Assembly (NCBI GenBank): GCA_000146045.2
Contig: BK006947.3
Coordinates: forward strand, 720,334 to 784,333
Source of the DNA: TPA_inf: Saccharomyces
Taxonomy: Eukaryota
DNA: 64,000 nt
Direction of reading: 5' to 3'
The position numbers and the translations under genes are program-made. Shown here in pieces: positions 1 through 10,068 of the stretch. Under the pieces are notes generated by a model that worked only from the letters and a program-made list of their open reading frames with translations, did no database searches and had not been told where the DNA came from. The number at the start of each line of letters is the position of its first letter. The stretch's first letter is position 1.

Positions 1-314
1 GGCAAACTAGCCACCGAAACAGGCGTTCCTATATTAAATGGCTGCTGTTGTTGTTGCTGTTGCTGTTGTTGCTGAGTTAACAGTGGCTCGTTCTTCTGCT
101 TCAAAAGATAGGCATTGTTCATCTCCTGATTAACAGAGCCATTAATTGTATTTACAGGCATCCCTTGAGGAAACATTCTTGCTCTATTAACCTTTGGCGA
201 ATACACCTGAGGTCCCATGTTTTGCTGCTGGTGTTGTTCAGAAGCCTGCCTCTGAGAGAAAAACTGCTCACCTCCTACAGCTAATACCCTCGGTTGTACA
301 TTCATAGATTGCAT
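1..314 (-). CDS. POP2: CCR4-NOT deadenylase subunit Pop2/Caf1, 5' part only (the CDS continues past the window start).
   Basis: Minus-strand translation from the ATG at 312-314 gives MQSMNVQPRVLAVGGEQFFSQRQASEQHQQQNMGPQVYSPKVNRARMFPQGMPVNTINGSVNQEMNNAYLLKQKNEPLLTQQQQQQQQQQQPFNIGTPVSVASLP. The CAG/CAA poly-Q tract (plus positions ~30-75) matches the known Pop2 N-terminus. Confidence 0.85.
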   Translation of the reverse strand, partial: MQSMNVQPRVLAVGGEQFFSQRQASEQHQQQNMGPQVYSPKVNRARMFPQGMPVNTINGSVNQEMNNAYLLKQKNEPLLTQQQQQQQQQQQPFNIGTPVSVASL

Positions 315-786
315 AATCCTTTTTGACCCTTTATAAATGTATAAAATTGAGTTGCCTGTTTCTAATCGTTCGAAGTATTTCCAGTATGAAAAACAAGGAA
401 GCCCTGATAACGAGACACGCTAATAAACTTCAAACTGATCTTTCTTGTCAGTTATCATTCTACTACTATAATTGAAAAGACTCAATAAAGAAAATATCAT
501 AATGATGAAAAAAGAGCGAGCAGCGGGTAAGGACCGAATTCCGTTTGGAATGACTGGTATAATGAGATTTACCTTATACTATAGAGAGGGCTATATCATT
601 ACCGAACTTAAGTTTTCTATTGGAATATTATACTTTATAAACTAAATAATTACCCATCTATGTTGTTTCCCCAAGAATGTTTGCTGCCATATAATAAGAA
701 CAAAAAAAAAAATAACAAAAAAAAAGAAAAAAAAAATCACTTGTAATCTTAAATTAATATTATACACCGGTTGTCCGTTTTTACCT

Positions 787-1437
787 CTATGCCGTCTTCT
801 CAACTTCTTTCTTCTTTGGTTTTTCTTCCCCTTCCTTTTCAGGTGGAAGGACGAACCAAGGGATTTTACCTCTATTAAAATCATTCAATATTTGCTTAGA
901 AACACCAGACTCATCAGGCTCACCACCCTTCAGTAATCTACCTTGTTTCCTTGCCAGAATTTCAATAAACTCCGTGGCATCCTTCCATCCTGAGATCTCG
1001 TAAGTTCTTTCCAAGTGCTTTACCTGACAACGTTTTAAAACACCTGGAATATATTGTTCTGGGTGTGTGACGTGTTCGACTCTGACAACACCTCTGAATA
1101 AAATGTCTTCTTCGGAGTCTTTACTAGAAGGCGGCACAATACCTGGACAATCAATCAAAAAAATTCTTTTCATAAGAGTAATATATTGCCAGACCTTAGT
1201 TTCACCAGGGATTGGTGCAACTTGACACACCTTTTTCTTTCTCAATGTGTTAATGATGGACGATTTACCAGTGTTTGGATAGCCGATAAACCCTACAGAT
1301 ATTTGCTTTCTATCAGTATGCAACTGTGAGAACTGACGTAGCAACTGAATTAACGAACCTTTACCGAAAGAGTTGGTAATAGATGCGTGAAACGCCAAAG
1401 TTGGACGTTCCTTTGACAAATGTTTGACCCAAGCTGC
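787..1437 (-). CDS. NOG2: NOG2 nucleolar GTPase, exon 2 ([19 protein letters not shown]...EVEKTA*).
   Basis: The 210-aa track ORF extends upstream in frame to a TAG acceptor (plus 1438-1440). It carries GTPase motifs ([13 protein letters not shown]). Exon 1 (810 nt) plus exon 2 (651 nt) gives 486 aa. Confidence 0.88.
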   Translation of the reverse strand, partial: AAWVKHLSKERPTLAFHASITNSFGKGSLIQLLRQFSQLHTDRKQISVGFIGYPNTGKSSIINTLRKKKVCQVAPIPGETKVWQYITLMKRIFLIDCPGIVPPSSKDSEEDILFRGVVRVEHVTHPEQYIPGVLKRCQVKHLERTYEISGWKDATEFIEILARKQGRLLKGGEPDESGVSKQILNDFNRGKIPWFVLPPEKEGEEKPKKKEVEKTA

Positions 1438-1969
1438 CTACTTGTAAAGTTAGAATTGAAAAAAAAAAACCTTCTGTTAGTAAAAAATACATTTTGTTTC
1501 ATAATAGGTAATCTTTTGCCCCAAGAGAATGTAATAATCATTGTTATAGCCGAGATTGATTGTTTCGAAGAGTGGATTAAACTAAAAAAAAAAAAAAAGT
1601 AGAAAATTGTGAGGATCTTTACTACGAACATATTGTATGGAGCCCGAGATAAAGTCTCAAATAACAAAAGCTCAACTCATAAGATCCTCGCTGTTCTAAA
1701 AAGCGAAGGTATACCTTTAAAACAAAGGTTGTCCTTCTAATTTACCCATGAGGCTTCCCCAGAACGGGGAAATATGGATAAGCGAACAGTATTACTCTTC
1801 CAAAACAGTAACAGACACTTCTGTAGATAAGTTTATCCTAAAACGGATAGAGAAGCACCCTGACAAAAAGGTTTGGTAATAAAAATCATACTCTATCGAA
1901 AAAAAAAATCTCTCGTGCTATCCTCTTGGTTGGAAAGAATCAAAAAAAAAAAAAAAAAAGTTAACATAC
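1438..1969 (-). other. NOG2: NOG2 spliceosomal intron, 532 nt.
   Basis: Minus strand has the 5' splice site GTATGT (plus 1964-1969), the TACTAAC branchpoint (plus 1476-1482) and the 3' splice site TAG (plus 1438-1440), about 36 nt after the branchpoint. The splice joins ...PTWVA to AAWVKHL... in frame. Confidence 0.85.
1605..1878 (-). ncRNA. snR191: Probable intron-encoded H/ACA snoRNA; boundaries approximate.
   Basis: Minus strand has a hairpin closed by GAGGATCTT/AAGATCCTC (plus 1611-1619 and 1681-1689). It is followed by ACA (plus 1608-1610) plus 3 nt, with an ANANNA-like H box AGAACA (plus 1692-1697) just upstream. From memory, snR191 lies in the NOG2 intron. Confidence 0.4.
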
Positions 1970-2779
1970 TGCAACCCAGGTAGGTACCAAATCACACTTA
2001 TTAAGAACATAAATTAAATGCTTGTGTGGTGTTTCCTTCTTCATATACTCTTCCACGGACTTACAACGGGTACCCAATGGATCCCTTGCATCTAGAACAT
2101 GTATTACCACGTCAGACGAATCGATGACTTTATATAATTCGTTCCAAATACGTTTGGATTGACCCTTACTGAAAATAGCTTCTTTTGCTGCGGAGGTCCA
2201 CCCATTTTCTTTGTCTTCCTGGTTCCCCATTAGTCCTAATGTGGCATCTAAGACTTGCTTTTCCTCATACTTGGTAATGTCTTCATTTGTAGCCTTGACC
2301 AAGTCCTCTAGATTGGATGCAGCAAGACGTGGTCTCTTTCTTTGGGCTTTGGGCCCAAACGCATCAGCATAACTTTCGGTATCCAAAATTCTGGCTTTTG
2401 GGGATTCATCTGCGTCCTTTTCTTCCAACAATGACATGGGAAGCTTATTTCTTCTCAGAAGAACTTGATATGTATCTTTTTGGGTTTCACCCAATGCACT
2501 TCTGAAATGCTGCAGTGCGTCCTGAGATATCACTCTTGTGTTACCGAACCAACGACGATCTGGTTGGACCCTCGCATCCGGTATTGTGGAGTCCTGGAAA
2601 GAAGCGGCCCTAATTAAATTACCTTTCTTATTCCTGATCTCCTTCCCACTAGTGTACATATTCAGGAATTTGACTCTCTTGGAGTCTCTGTAGAAATTTT
2701 CACCCTTCACACGAAGATTACCATCTTTGGTGTCACCTTCACGAATACGTCTAGATTTCTCTTTCTTACCAGTACCCAT
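1970..2779 (-). CDS. NOG2: NOG2 nucleolar GTPase, exon 1 (MGTGKKEKSRRIREG...DLVPTWVA).
   Basis: ATG at plus 2777-2779 is the first ATG; the track ORF starts 15 codons upstream. The exon ends at GCA|GTATGT. Confidence 0.88.
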
Positions 2780-2923
2780 TGTATTATTCCTCCCCTGATA
2801 TTTAGTGGTTTTGCTGCAAGTCAACAGATCTTCAAAGTTAACACTTAAGGGAAAGTACTAACAAGTAGTAAATATCTTTTATATATTCTACGCTTCTTTA
2901 TATGCCCAAAAAGAAGAAAAGTG

Positions 2924-2961
2924 AAAAATTTTTCTTCAAGCGAAAAATTTTTGCGATGAGC
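2924..2961. promoter_or_regulatory. Ribosome-biogenesis promoter motifs upstream of NOG2: two RRPE (AAAAATTTTT) and one PAC (GCGATGAGC).
   Basis: AAAAATTTTT at 2924-2933 and at 2943-2952; GCGATGAGC at 2953-2961. They lie ~150-180 bp upstream of the NOG2 ATG. Confidence 0.6.
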
Positions 2962-3022
2962 ATCGGGCAAAAAAACGTGCTAAATGACAGGTTGTGTTTA
3001 TATATTTGTTATTGATTCTATA

Positions 3023-3973
3023 TTATAGTAAATTGGTGAGAACATTACCCAAGTCTTTGGACCCAGAGGATTGCTGCTTGATATCAGAGGGAGCATTGGC
3101 ACGGCTTGTTTCCACACGACGTTGTTTAAATTCCCTGTGAGGGTGAGAATCTGCAGACTCTCCTTCTTTTCCGGCGCGCTTCCTAGAGTTCTTAATGTTT
3201 TGTATCATCTTACTTTGCTCCACGTTTCTAATGAATTCCGCGTTCAGTTTGTTGGCCTGCGAGATTTCCATCTCCAACTTGGCCTGTCTGATATCGTTCT
3301 CGCGGGCAATCTGTTCAGTCAAATCTGCCCATTTGAAACCTGGGAGGTACTTCACGTTCAGGATATCATCATGGTAGAAAGTACCTTTCTTGCCACCAAT
3401 AATGTTCCCGTTCAACGTCTCCGCACACAATTTGGCGTCTCTTTTCCTAATAAACTCGGCCCAACCTTCTTCATACTTGTTTTTCTTGTTTCCTCCACCT
3501 TTAACTCTTTGCTTGTACTTTTGATCGTCCTCTTTCTTTAGAAATAGTCTATCTACCTCACCAAAACGAGTTAATATTTGTCTCATTTTTGCAGGTTTCA
3601 TGTAAGGTGGAATACTGGAGAAGTATACCACCCCAGTCTTGTGTTTAGACTTCTTGGCGGCCTTTGATTTTACCAGTTGCCTTAGTTTTTCTGTTTTTAA
3701 ATCCAGTGAAGTGGTGGACGAAGCTTGTTCTTCTACTTCTCGATCGAGCTTTTCTCCATTCTCTTTATCTGGTTGTTCTACATCCTCTTTTTCTTCTTGT
3801 TTTTGCTCTTCTTCTATGTCTGACTCGTTTTCACTTTCGATGTCTTCTACCTTCTTACTGAAGATATCATCCTTACTAGAAATTTTTTTCTTGGTCTGAA
3901 TTAAGACGTTATGTTGATCGGTTTCCTCATCTGAGGAAAAGTCTTCAAAGTCACTATTTACTTTTTCACTCAT
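3023..3973 (-). CDS. ESF2: Esf2 (ABT1-family RRM protein of the 90S pre-ribosome), 316 aa.
   Basis: ATG verified at plus 3971-3973. Acidic N-terminus and RRM-like core (VVYFSSIPPYMKPAKMRQILTRFGEVDRLFL). Confidence 0.85.
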   Translation of the reverse strand: MSEKVNSDFEDFSSDEETDQHNVLIQTKKKISSKDDIFSKKVEDIESENESDIEEEQKQEEKEDVEQPDKENGEKLDREVEEQASSTTSLDLKTEKLRQLVKSKAAKKSKHKTGVVYFSSIPPYMKPAKMRQILTRFGEVDRLFLKKEDDQKYKQRVKGGGNKKNKYEEGWAEFIRKRDAKLCAETLNGNIIGGKKGTFYHDDILNVKYLPGFKWADLTEQIARENDIRQAKLEMEISQANKLNAEFIRNVEQSKMIQNIKNSRKRAGKEGESADSHPHREFKQRRVETSRANAPSDIKQQSSGSKDLGNVLTNLL

Positions 3974-5785
3974 GCGTAAAAATTTACTTCACTCTGCTGC
4001 AGTAAACTGTTTGCTTTGTACTTACATAGCAATGGGTAGTTTGTCAGGTTGAAATTTTTCAAAATCTTAATAGCGAAAGTTTTACTGCGCAATGTGAGAA
4101 AAGCTGGCTATAACGAAGTAATTCAAAATAATAAAACAAGAGAAAGAAAAAATTTACACGTCATTGCCTTTGGAAATGTGATCAGACAGACCCAATATCA
4201 CCGTTTAAATATTCTTCACGAGATAATGTAGTTTGTCAATTGAAACGCTATTTGGTGGCTGGCTAATCAAATATGGTCGATGAAGGGGTTGTCAATCCAG
4301 CAGCCCTTAAAGAATTGTCGCTATCTGTTTGTTCCTATAATTAATTTGCACTGAAAAGATACATGTGCATTATTGCAGTATATTATAAGGAATTCCGGAG
4401 TTTTCTAGTAACTTTCTAGTCGCGCAACCGAGAGATGAGTACTACAACGCAACCTATTTGGTAGTGCATCCTACACATTGTGAACGTTTTTGGTTCATAT
4501 TACAATATTACGATATTACGAATTTTACCCTTTCTTTAATACTAACTTTGATCAGAAAGCACCTTTATCAATATGGCCACGTCTGGGAAGTCGGTCATAA
4601 TCAAAAGGCTACAGGCTTTGGGGTTTGAAATATCAATATACGAATTGTGAGACTTTGTTTTATCTTAGGGACGAAAATGGATGTGTGAAATTACTTATGG
4701 AAGGATCAATAATAGCAACGTTTGCTAATGTGTTAAGATGGCAAAATGCTACTGGTACGCCTCGTTGAGTATCCATCATTATTAATAGCGCCAAAATTGA
4801 AACATTAATTGCGGTTTTAGAACAACTTTAGAATTACAGAGCAAGGTGATAAGATCTCAATAGCTTATGAAAAATAATAATTTTTTAGAACCTAATGAAC
4901 GTGTCGAAACTTTCCGCAAAATATTATGTACATCTCTACTCAACCTTCTATTAGGATCATGAGAAATGTGTTAAAACAGAAAAAATGCACCCTCATAATA
5001 AAAAACTTGGCCAAACCAAACCCTTTCTAGTACATCGATATGTATATCACACAATAAAGTCAATGCAGCATAACTTAGAATCGAGGTAGCGACTCCCCGT
5101 ATTGCTCAAAATGGAAAATTCTATGGAAATAGAATTCATATGACTCTGAGAACTAAAGGAACATTATGACGAACAAAATTGCTATGATGTGAGGAATAAG
5201 ATGATACAGTCCTACCAAATACCAAAGATCGGGTCGTCGAGGGCGGTATCATATCTAGGGAGATTTCTTTTCAATTAGAGCATATTCATTATCAAGTAAC
5301 CACCATTTGTATTTTTTTTTTCTTCTCAAGGTAGTTATTCTGTTCTGACGTGCAGAAGATGGGCGTAGCATTGACACAAAGATTCAGTGGGAAACTATAT
5401 ATCCATATCTCATCCTGGTTTGGAAAATGAAGAGCTGCATACTTATATGAGGGAAAGAAGGCTAAACAAAATATACGTAAAGCAACTATCAAGAGCCAAT
5501 GGAATCTATTTTCAAAATTTGCGTTCTTCCAAAACATTTATCCCGTTTGATGCATTAATGAAAATTATGAACATTTATTTCCTTACCACACGTACATTGG
5601 GTGCTCTACTTTCTTTTTTATTTAAGCATATAAAATGTACACAGTAGTAAAATACCATTTTAAAATATTATTTGAACAATCATAGAACACTACGCAGGTA
5701 TTCTTCTTCAAAAAGATAGCTTCAATGTATTTCATGTATCTGAAAACGCTTTGTCTTGCCATTAAAGATCTGGTGGCCCCGACAA

Positions 5786-5798
5786 AATAAAAAAAAAT
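5786..5798 (-). terminator. RNA polymerase III terminator (T-run) immediately 3' of the tRNA.
   Basis: Minus strand reads GTATTTTTTTTTATTTT directly after the tRNA 3' end. Confidence 0.7.
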
Positions 5799-5800
5799 AC

Positions 5801-5884
5801 TGAAGGATGCGAGGTTCGAACTCGCGCGGACAACCGTCCAACAGATCTTAAGTCTGCCGCCTTAGACCACTCGGCCAACCCTCC
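5801..5884 (-). tRNA. tL(UAA): tRNA-Leu (anticodon UAA), type II with long variable arm, no intron.
   Basis: Minus strand GGAGGGTTGGCCGAGTGGTCTAAGGCGGCAGACTTAAGATCTGTTGGACGGTTGTCCGCGCGAGTTCGAACCTCGCATCCTTCA folds into a cloverleaf. Anticodon loop is CUUAAGA (UAA); T-arm is GCGAGTTCGAACCTCGC. Confidence 0.9.
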
Positions 5885-5900
5885 AAAGATTTATACTTTT

Positions 5901-6241
5901 TGTTGTATCTCAAAATGAGATACGTCAGTATGACATTTTGAGATCCTAAACGTTCATAAAACACATATGAAACAACCTTATAACAAAACGAACAACATGA
6001 GACAAAACCCGTCCTTCCCTAGCTGAACTACCCAAAAGTATAAATGCCTGAACAATTAGTTTAGATCCGAGATTCCGCGCTTCCACCACTTAGCATGATT
6101 CATATTTTATATAATATATAAGATAAGTAACATTCCGTGAATTAATCTGATAAACTGTTTTGACAACTGGTTACTTCCCTAAGACTGTTTATATTAGGAT
6201 TGTCAAGACACTCCGGTATTACTCGAGCCCGTAATACAACA
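5901..6241 (+). mobile_element. Solo sigma element (Ty3 LTR), 341 bp, 16 nt upstream of the tRNA 5' end.
   Basis: TGTTGTATCTCAAAATGAGATA...CTCGAGCCCGTAATACAACA matches the sigma sequence I remember. The position 16-19 bp upstream of a pol-III gene is the typical Ty3 target. Confidence 0.85.
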
Positions 6242-6282
6242 CTTTTTATCGTATTTCAGGTAGTATACCACATCATTATTTG

Positions 6283-6612
6283 AAGAGTGGGTGAGTTTTG
6301 AGATAATTGTTGGGATTCCATTGTGATTAAGGCTATAATATTAGGTATGTAGATATACTAGAAGTTCTCCTCGAGGATTTAGGAATCCATAAAAGGGAAT
6401 CTGCAATTCTACACAATTCTATAAATATTATTATCATCATTTTATATGTTAATATTCATTGATCCTATTACATTATCAATCCTTGCGTTTCAGCTTCCAC
6501 TAATTTAGATGACTATTTCTCATCATTTGCGTCATCTTCTAACACCGTATATGATAATATACTAGTAACGTAAATACTAGTTAGTAGATGATAGTTGATT
6601 TTTATTCCAACA
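6283..6612 (-). mobile_element. Solo delta element (Ty1/Ty2 LTR) in reverse orientation.
   Basis: Plus strand ends ...TAGTTAGTAGATGATAGTTGATTTTTATTCCAACA, the reverse complement of the delta 5' end TGTTGGAATAAAAATCAACTATCATCTACTAACTA. The internal CTCGAGGA segment is conserved. Confidence 0.75.
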
Positions 6613-6890
6613 TTATTGTACTCAGCAATTGTTGCGAAACAGACAAGATTAAGTATATTATTCAAGGCCTTGCTTACCTAGATGAACCATTGAGAAATAT
6701 ACATATTGAGCAATACCTCTAGGTCCGAAGTTCCGTGCCTACACCCTTTAGTCAGATTTAGATTATATGAGATAAGTGGTATTTTGTGGACCAAGTTTGT
6801 GATTAATCTGATATCAAGTTACTTTCTTAACGACATTAGGACGCCAGGGTAGCCAGTATTATTCAAGTCCATAGAACAGCCTGTATACCT
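6613..6890 (+). mobile_element. Diverged sigma-like LTR remnant.
   Basis: AGGTCCGAAGTTCCGTGCCTACACCCTTTAG...GATTAATCTGATA...ATTAGGACGCCAGGG parallels sigma AGATCCGAGATTCCGCGCTTCCACCACTTAG...GAATTAATCTGATA...ATTAGGATTGTCAAG at roughly 65% identity by eye. Confidence 0.35.
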
Positions 6891-7014
6891 TCACTTCATT
6901 AGGTATATTCTTGGTTATGCGTTATTTAAATCCTCATCTGCCGCTGCTTAAAAAAAGCAGCTAAAGTGTTGCGTAGGCACTTCGAACAAGTAGTCAGTAA
7001 TATCACCTTTTAAC

Positions 7015-7332
7015 ATCTAATCATCAAAAGAGACATTTTTTGGGATTAATTGTTTATAAAAGCTATGAACTTAGGTCTACAGAATGTACCAAAAGTTATC
7101 CTGTAGGATATAGGAATCTACGAAAGGGGCCCGATACTTCTATATAATATATATTTTTATTTCTCCTTCAATTTTATACGTTGTCATTCCTTATCCTATT
7201 ACTTCATCAATTCTTGCAATTCAACATCCAATAACTTTGATAACTGTTTCCCATCAATTATGTCGTCATTTTACACTGTATATGATACAAGTAGTATGAG
7301 TACACACCAATAGATGATTAATTTTTTCCGAC
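7015..7332 (-). mobile_element. Second, more diverged solo delta-like LTR (reverse orientation).
   Basis: TTGGGATTAATTGTTTATAAAAGCTATGAACTTAGGTCTACAGAATGT...GGATATAGGAATCTACGAAAG aligns to the first delta copy. Confidence 0.45.
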
Positions 7333-8092
7333 AATCAAATATTGGGATCATAAACACACATAATCGCCATATCCGTTAATTCGGGTTTCAATCACTTCGT
7401 TTGTCTATCGTATCGCAGCCTAGTGAATATTTAATTCTTTCAATAAAAAAGGCTTAAAATCACCATGAAAATCACAAGAGGAATCTTTCAACAAGAACAA
7501 TAGTATACAATCCATGAATGAAGGAGTTCATATTTGACTAGAACTATACAAAGGTTTTGTACTGTTTTTACTGTGAGGGTAGCATCTCATTTATCCAGAA
7601 TCTCAGAAGGGAGAAACCCAATCGCTAAATCGATATTATCACCCAGAAGTTTCAAATAGGCGATTGTAGAATATACACAGGGACAACCACTCAGTTTATG
7701 GCTTCAGTGCGCGCCCAGTTCTGGAGGAAAGCATTATCGAAGTAATAAAACTTTAAAAAAGCTCTCCGCAACTAATGAGGATTGCAGTATCCAGATACCC
7801 TTGTTTTCTGCCAAATGAACACTTTTACTATGTCATATAAACAAAAAGTGCCATTTCTTGGTACTGCTTCAGTCTTAGGAATGGTCAATACGTTATTATT
7901 ACTTAAATATACGATTAATAACATGCTCTGTTGCGTATTTAGTAAGTGTGTAAGGAAACTGTAATATTACCTAACCGGTATCCCACGTGTTTCACGAAGG
8001 GCGCTTTTGTTGTTGCAATTATAATCCTAGTTAGGTAAAAAAAAAATACTTAATTCCTATCATCTACTAGATACAAGAAAGACGTCTCTGAA

Positions 8093-9853
8093 TTACACAC
8101 CGTCTCTCAAATTGACAGATTGCAAATACCATCTCTTAGTCCAAAGTCTTATCCTCTTACCATAGTAGTACATTGGTAAAGCAAATGCAGTAATCCCAAA
8201 GTTGATGACAGCTAAAGCAATGTAAGTATTTTCAGTACCAGATGCAGCTAGCCAATCAGAACAGGTAAAGGTGAAAATGCAAGATATCGTGTTGTTAATA
8301 ATAGCAGTACAAACCATACCTTCCAAAACCATATCGGGGTAACAATCCATTAAATACGCCATCGCAATATCACCAGAACAACCCCATGCAAACCCAACAA
8401 AACCCAACCCGACGTATATAGCTTGCCAAGGCCATTGTCTAGCGGTACCGATACCAAACATCAGCAAACCCGCTGGCCCAATAATTGCAGTTGCGATAGA
8501 GAAGTATAGTCTAAATTCTGCCTCTAAAATTCCTCTATTGTGACGAGCCATCCAAAGAACAAAGTAGTCACTAACAATGCCAGCACAGATACAACCGATG
8601 ACTGCTCCAATAAGTGTGGGAACATTCATAATTGCGACACCAAAATCACTATAGTTCCATGGAGGTTCGTAGTAGGCGCTTTCTTGAGTGGTCAAATAAA
8701 ACGTCAGGAAAACGTCTTGAATACCCCAAAACATACCAGACAACCACACTGGCGGGAATAAGAACATTCTAAGGTTGATCTTTAGATATTTGAAATACTG
8801 TTTAAAACCGTAGCCTTTCAAATTAGTAGCTTTGGTTAATATTGCTACTCTTTTTGGGTATGGTTTCAAATGCTCTTTTGAACCATCAATCAATTCGCGA
8901 GTCTCAGGTATGGTAACTTCCTCTTCATTGTTAACTTCGAATTCAGCCGTCTCTGAAAGGTCTACACCTTTCTCACCCATGGCTCCAGGAGTTGATAATT
9001 TAGCGTCAAGATGACGTTTCCTGCGCGACACGGCCGTATTGTCAGAGTTTTGTAAAGTGGTACCGTCTTCGTATCCCGATTGACAGCTGGTCAAAGGGGT
9101 CATATACTGGCCTCTGTCGAAGTACGTTTCTTCGCAGCCAAATATAATAGTTATTAAAAGGCCACCAGATATGATCACTGCGACCCAACCGACCCAACGG
9201 AAGTTGGTAAATGCAGATATGTACCCAGCGATCAATGGGCCCAAGAACGTACCGATACTAGTGCACATGATATACACGGTCAATACGGAGCCCAATTGGT
9301 GCTGGAAAAAAATGTCGCTCAGGGACAGTTGCACCTGGGCTTCAGCACAGGACTCACTAATACCTACAAACAACTGAGACCATATTGTGTCGCTCGTTCT
9401 TTTGGCCAAAGCAAACCAAAGCGCACCAAAGAGACCTAATGTGGTGCAAACTATGTACGTAATCTTCCTGCCATACAAGTTAGCAAATGGAGCCAAGAAT
9501 AAAGTGGACCAACCAATACCTAGGAAAAGAACACCAGCCCCTGTGTTCATGGAATCGTAGGATATCCCATAAATCTCATTCAATGAGTCTTGAGCAGCAC
9601 CAGCGTCGTTACTAGTAGCGGCGGTAAACGCAGTTATAAAGGCCATTAGACCAAAATGAGCCAATTTCCTCCAGCTAGACCAGTTCAGTGGATCATTTGG
9701 CGAGTATGATGGTTGAGGGATTAGGACGACTCCTGAGGAGGTTTTCTTCAATTTTGATTCGTATATAATACCATTTTCCAAATTTTGGGAAGAATAGATG
9801 TTAAATGTGCCAGGAATATAGTCCGGATGATCCCTGTTGGTATATTTGTCCAT
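8093..9853 (-). CDS. HOL1: Hol1 major-facilitator polyamine/cation transporter, 586 aa.
   Basis: ATG verified; multi-TM MFS/DHA1-like sequence. Confidence 0.88.
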   Translation of the reverse strand: MDKYTNRDHPDYIPGTFNIYSSQNLENGIIYESKLKKTSSGVVLIPQPSYSPNDPLNWSSWRKLAHFGLMAFITAFTAATSNDAGAAQDSLNEIYGISYDSMNTGAGVLFLGIGWSTLFLAPFANLYGRKITYIVCTTLGLFGALWFALAKRTSDTIWSQLFVGISESCAEAQVQLSLSDIFFQHQLGSVLTVYIMCTSIGTFLGPLIAGYISAFTNFRWVGWVAVIISGGLLITIIFGCEETYFDRGQYMTPLTSCQSGYEDGTTLQNSDNTAVSRRKRHLDAKLSTPGAMGEKGVDLSETAEFEVNNEEEVTIPETRELIDGSKEHLKPYPKRVAILTKATNLKGYGFKQYFKYLKINLRMFLFPPVWLSGMFWGIQDVFLTFYLTTQESAYYEPPWNYSDFGVAIMNVPTLIGAVIGCICAGIVSDYFVLWMARHNRGILEAEFRLYFSIATAIIGPAGLLMFGIGTARQWPWQAIYVGLGFVGFAWGCSGDIAMAYLMDCYPDMVLEGMVCTAIINNTISCIFTFTCSDWLAASGTENTYIALAVINFGITAFALPMYYYGKRIRLWTKRWYLQSVNLRDGV

Positions 9854-10047
9854 CTGTTAAAAATTTAAGATTCACACTCGCAAACTTTCTTCTATAGTAG
9901 TTCTTTTCTTTATATTCGTTAGAAATGCAAAAGTTGCGAAGCTGTTTTGTTATATCCTGTAGATTGTAATATGATACTTCGATTCTTTCGGATTTAGTGT
10001 TTACTTGCTATTCTTCTAGTTTCAAATAAATAAGATAATAAGGGATG

Positions 10048-10068
10048 TCAACTTGGTAGTAATAGCAT
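10048..10068 (-). promoter_or_regulatory. Upstream ORF in the HOL1 5' leader encoding MLLLPS*.
   Basis: Minus strand ATG CTA TTA CTA CCA AGT TGA, ~195 nt upstream of the HOL1 AUG. It matches the published polyamine-responsive Pro-Ser-stop uORF of HOL1 as I remember it. Confidence 0.65.

Noticed and set aside
30-75. CAG/CAA (CTG/TTG on plus) trinucleotide repeat at the window start.
   Set aside because: It is the coding poly-glutamine tract of POP2 (QQQQQQQQQQQ), not an independent microsatellite feature.
642-1667. Track ORFs 642-884(-), 1350-1667(-) and 1420-1602(+), overlapping the NOG2 3' end and intron.
   Set aside because: They are low-complexity, A/T-run driven (poly-K/poly-F) translations inside the NOG2 exon 2 / intron region. 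The intron explanation with canonical splice signals accounts for the sequence.
3071-3899. Multiple plus-strand ORFs (156, 86, 65, 60 aa) inside ESF2, and similar antisense ORFs inside HOL1, BIO5, FRE4, PUL4, YNR065C, DSE4, BSC5, PDR18, YNR071C, HXT17, MAN2 and AIF1.
   Set aside because: They lie antisense or out of frame within well-supported long CDSs, have no family resemblance and show biased composition typical of antisense-of-coding. Treated as spurious.
7333-7700. A possible third LTR fragment (tau/Ty4 or Ty5) beyond the second delta.
   Set aside because: I could not align it convincingly to any LTR family from memory. It is left unannotated; RepeatMasker would settle it.
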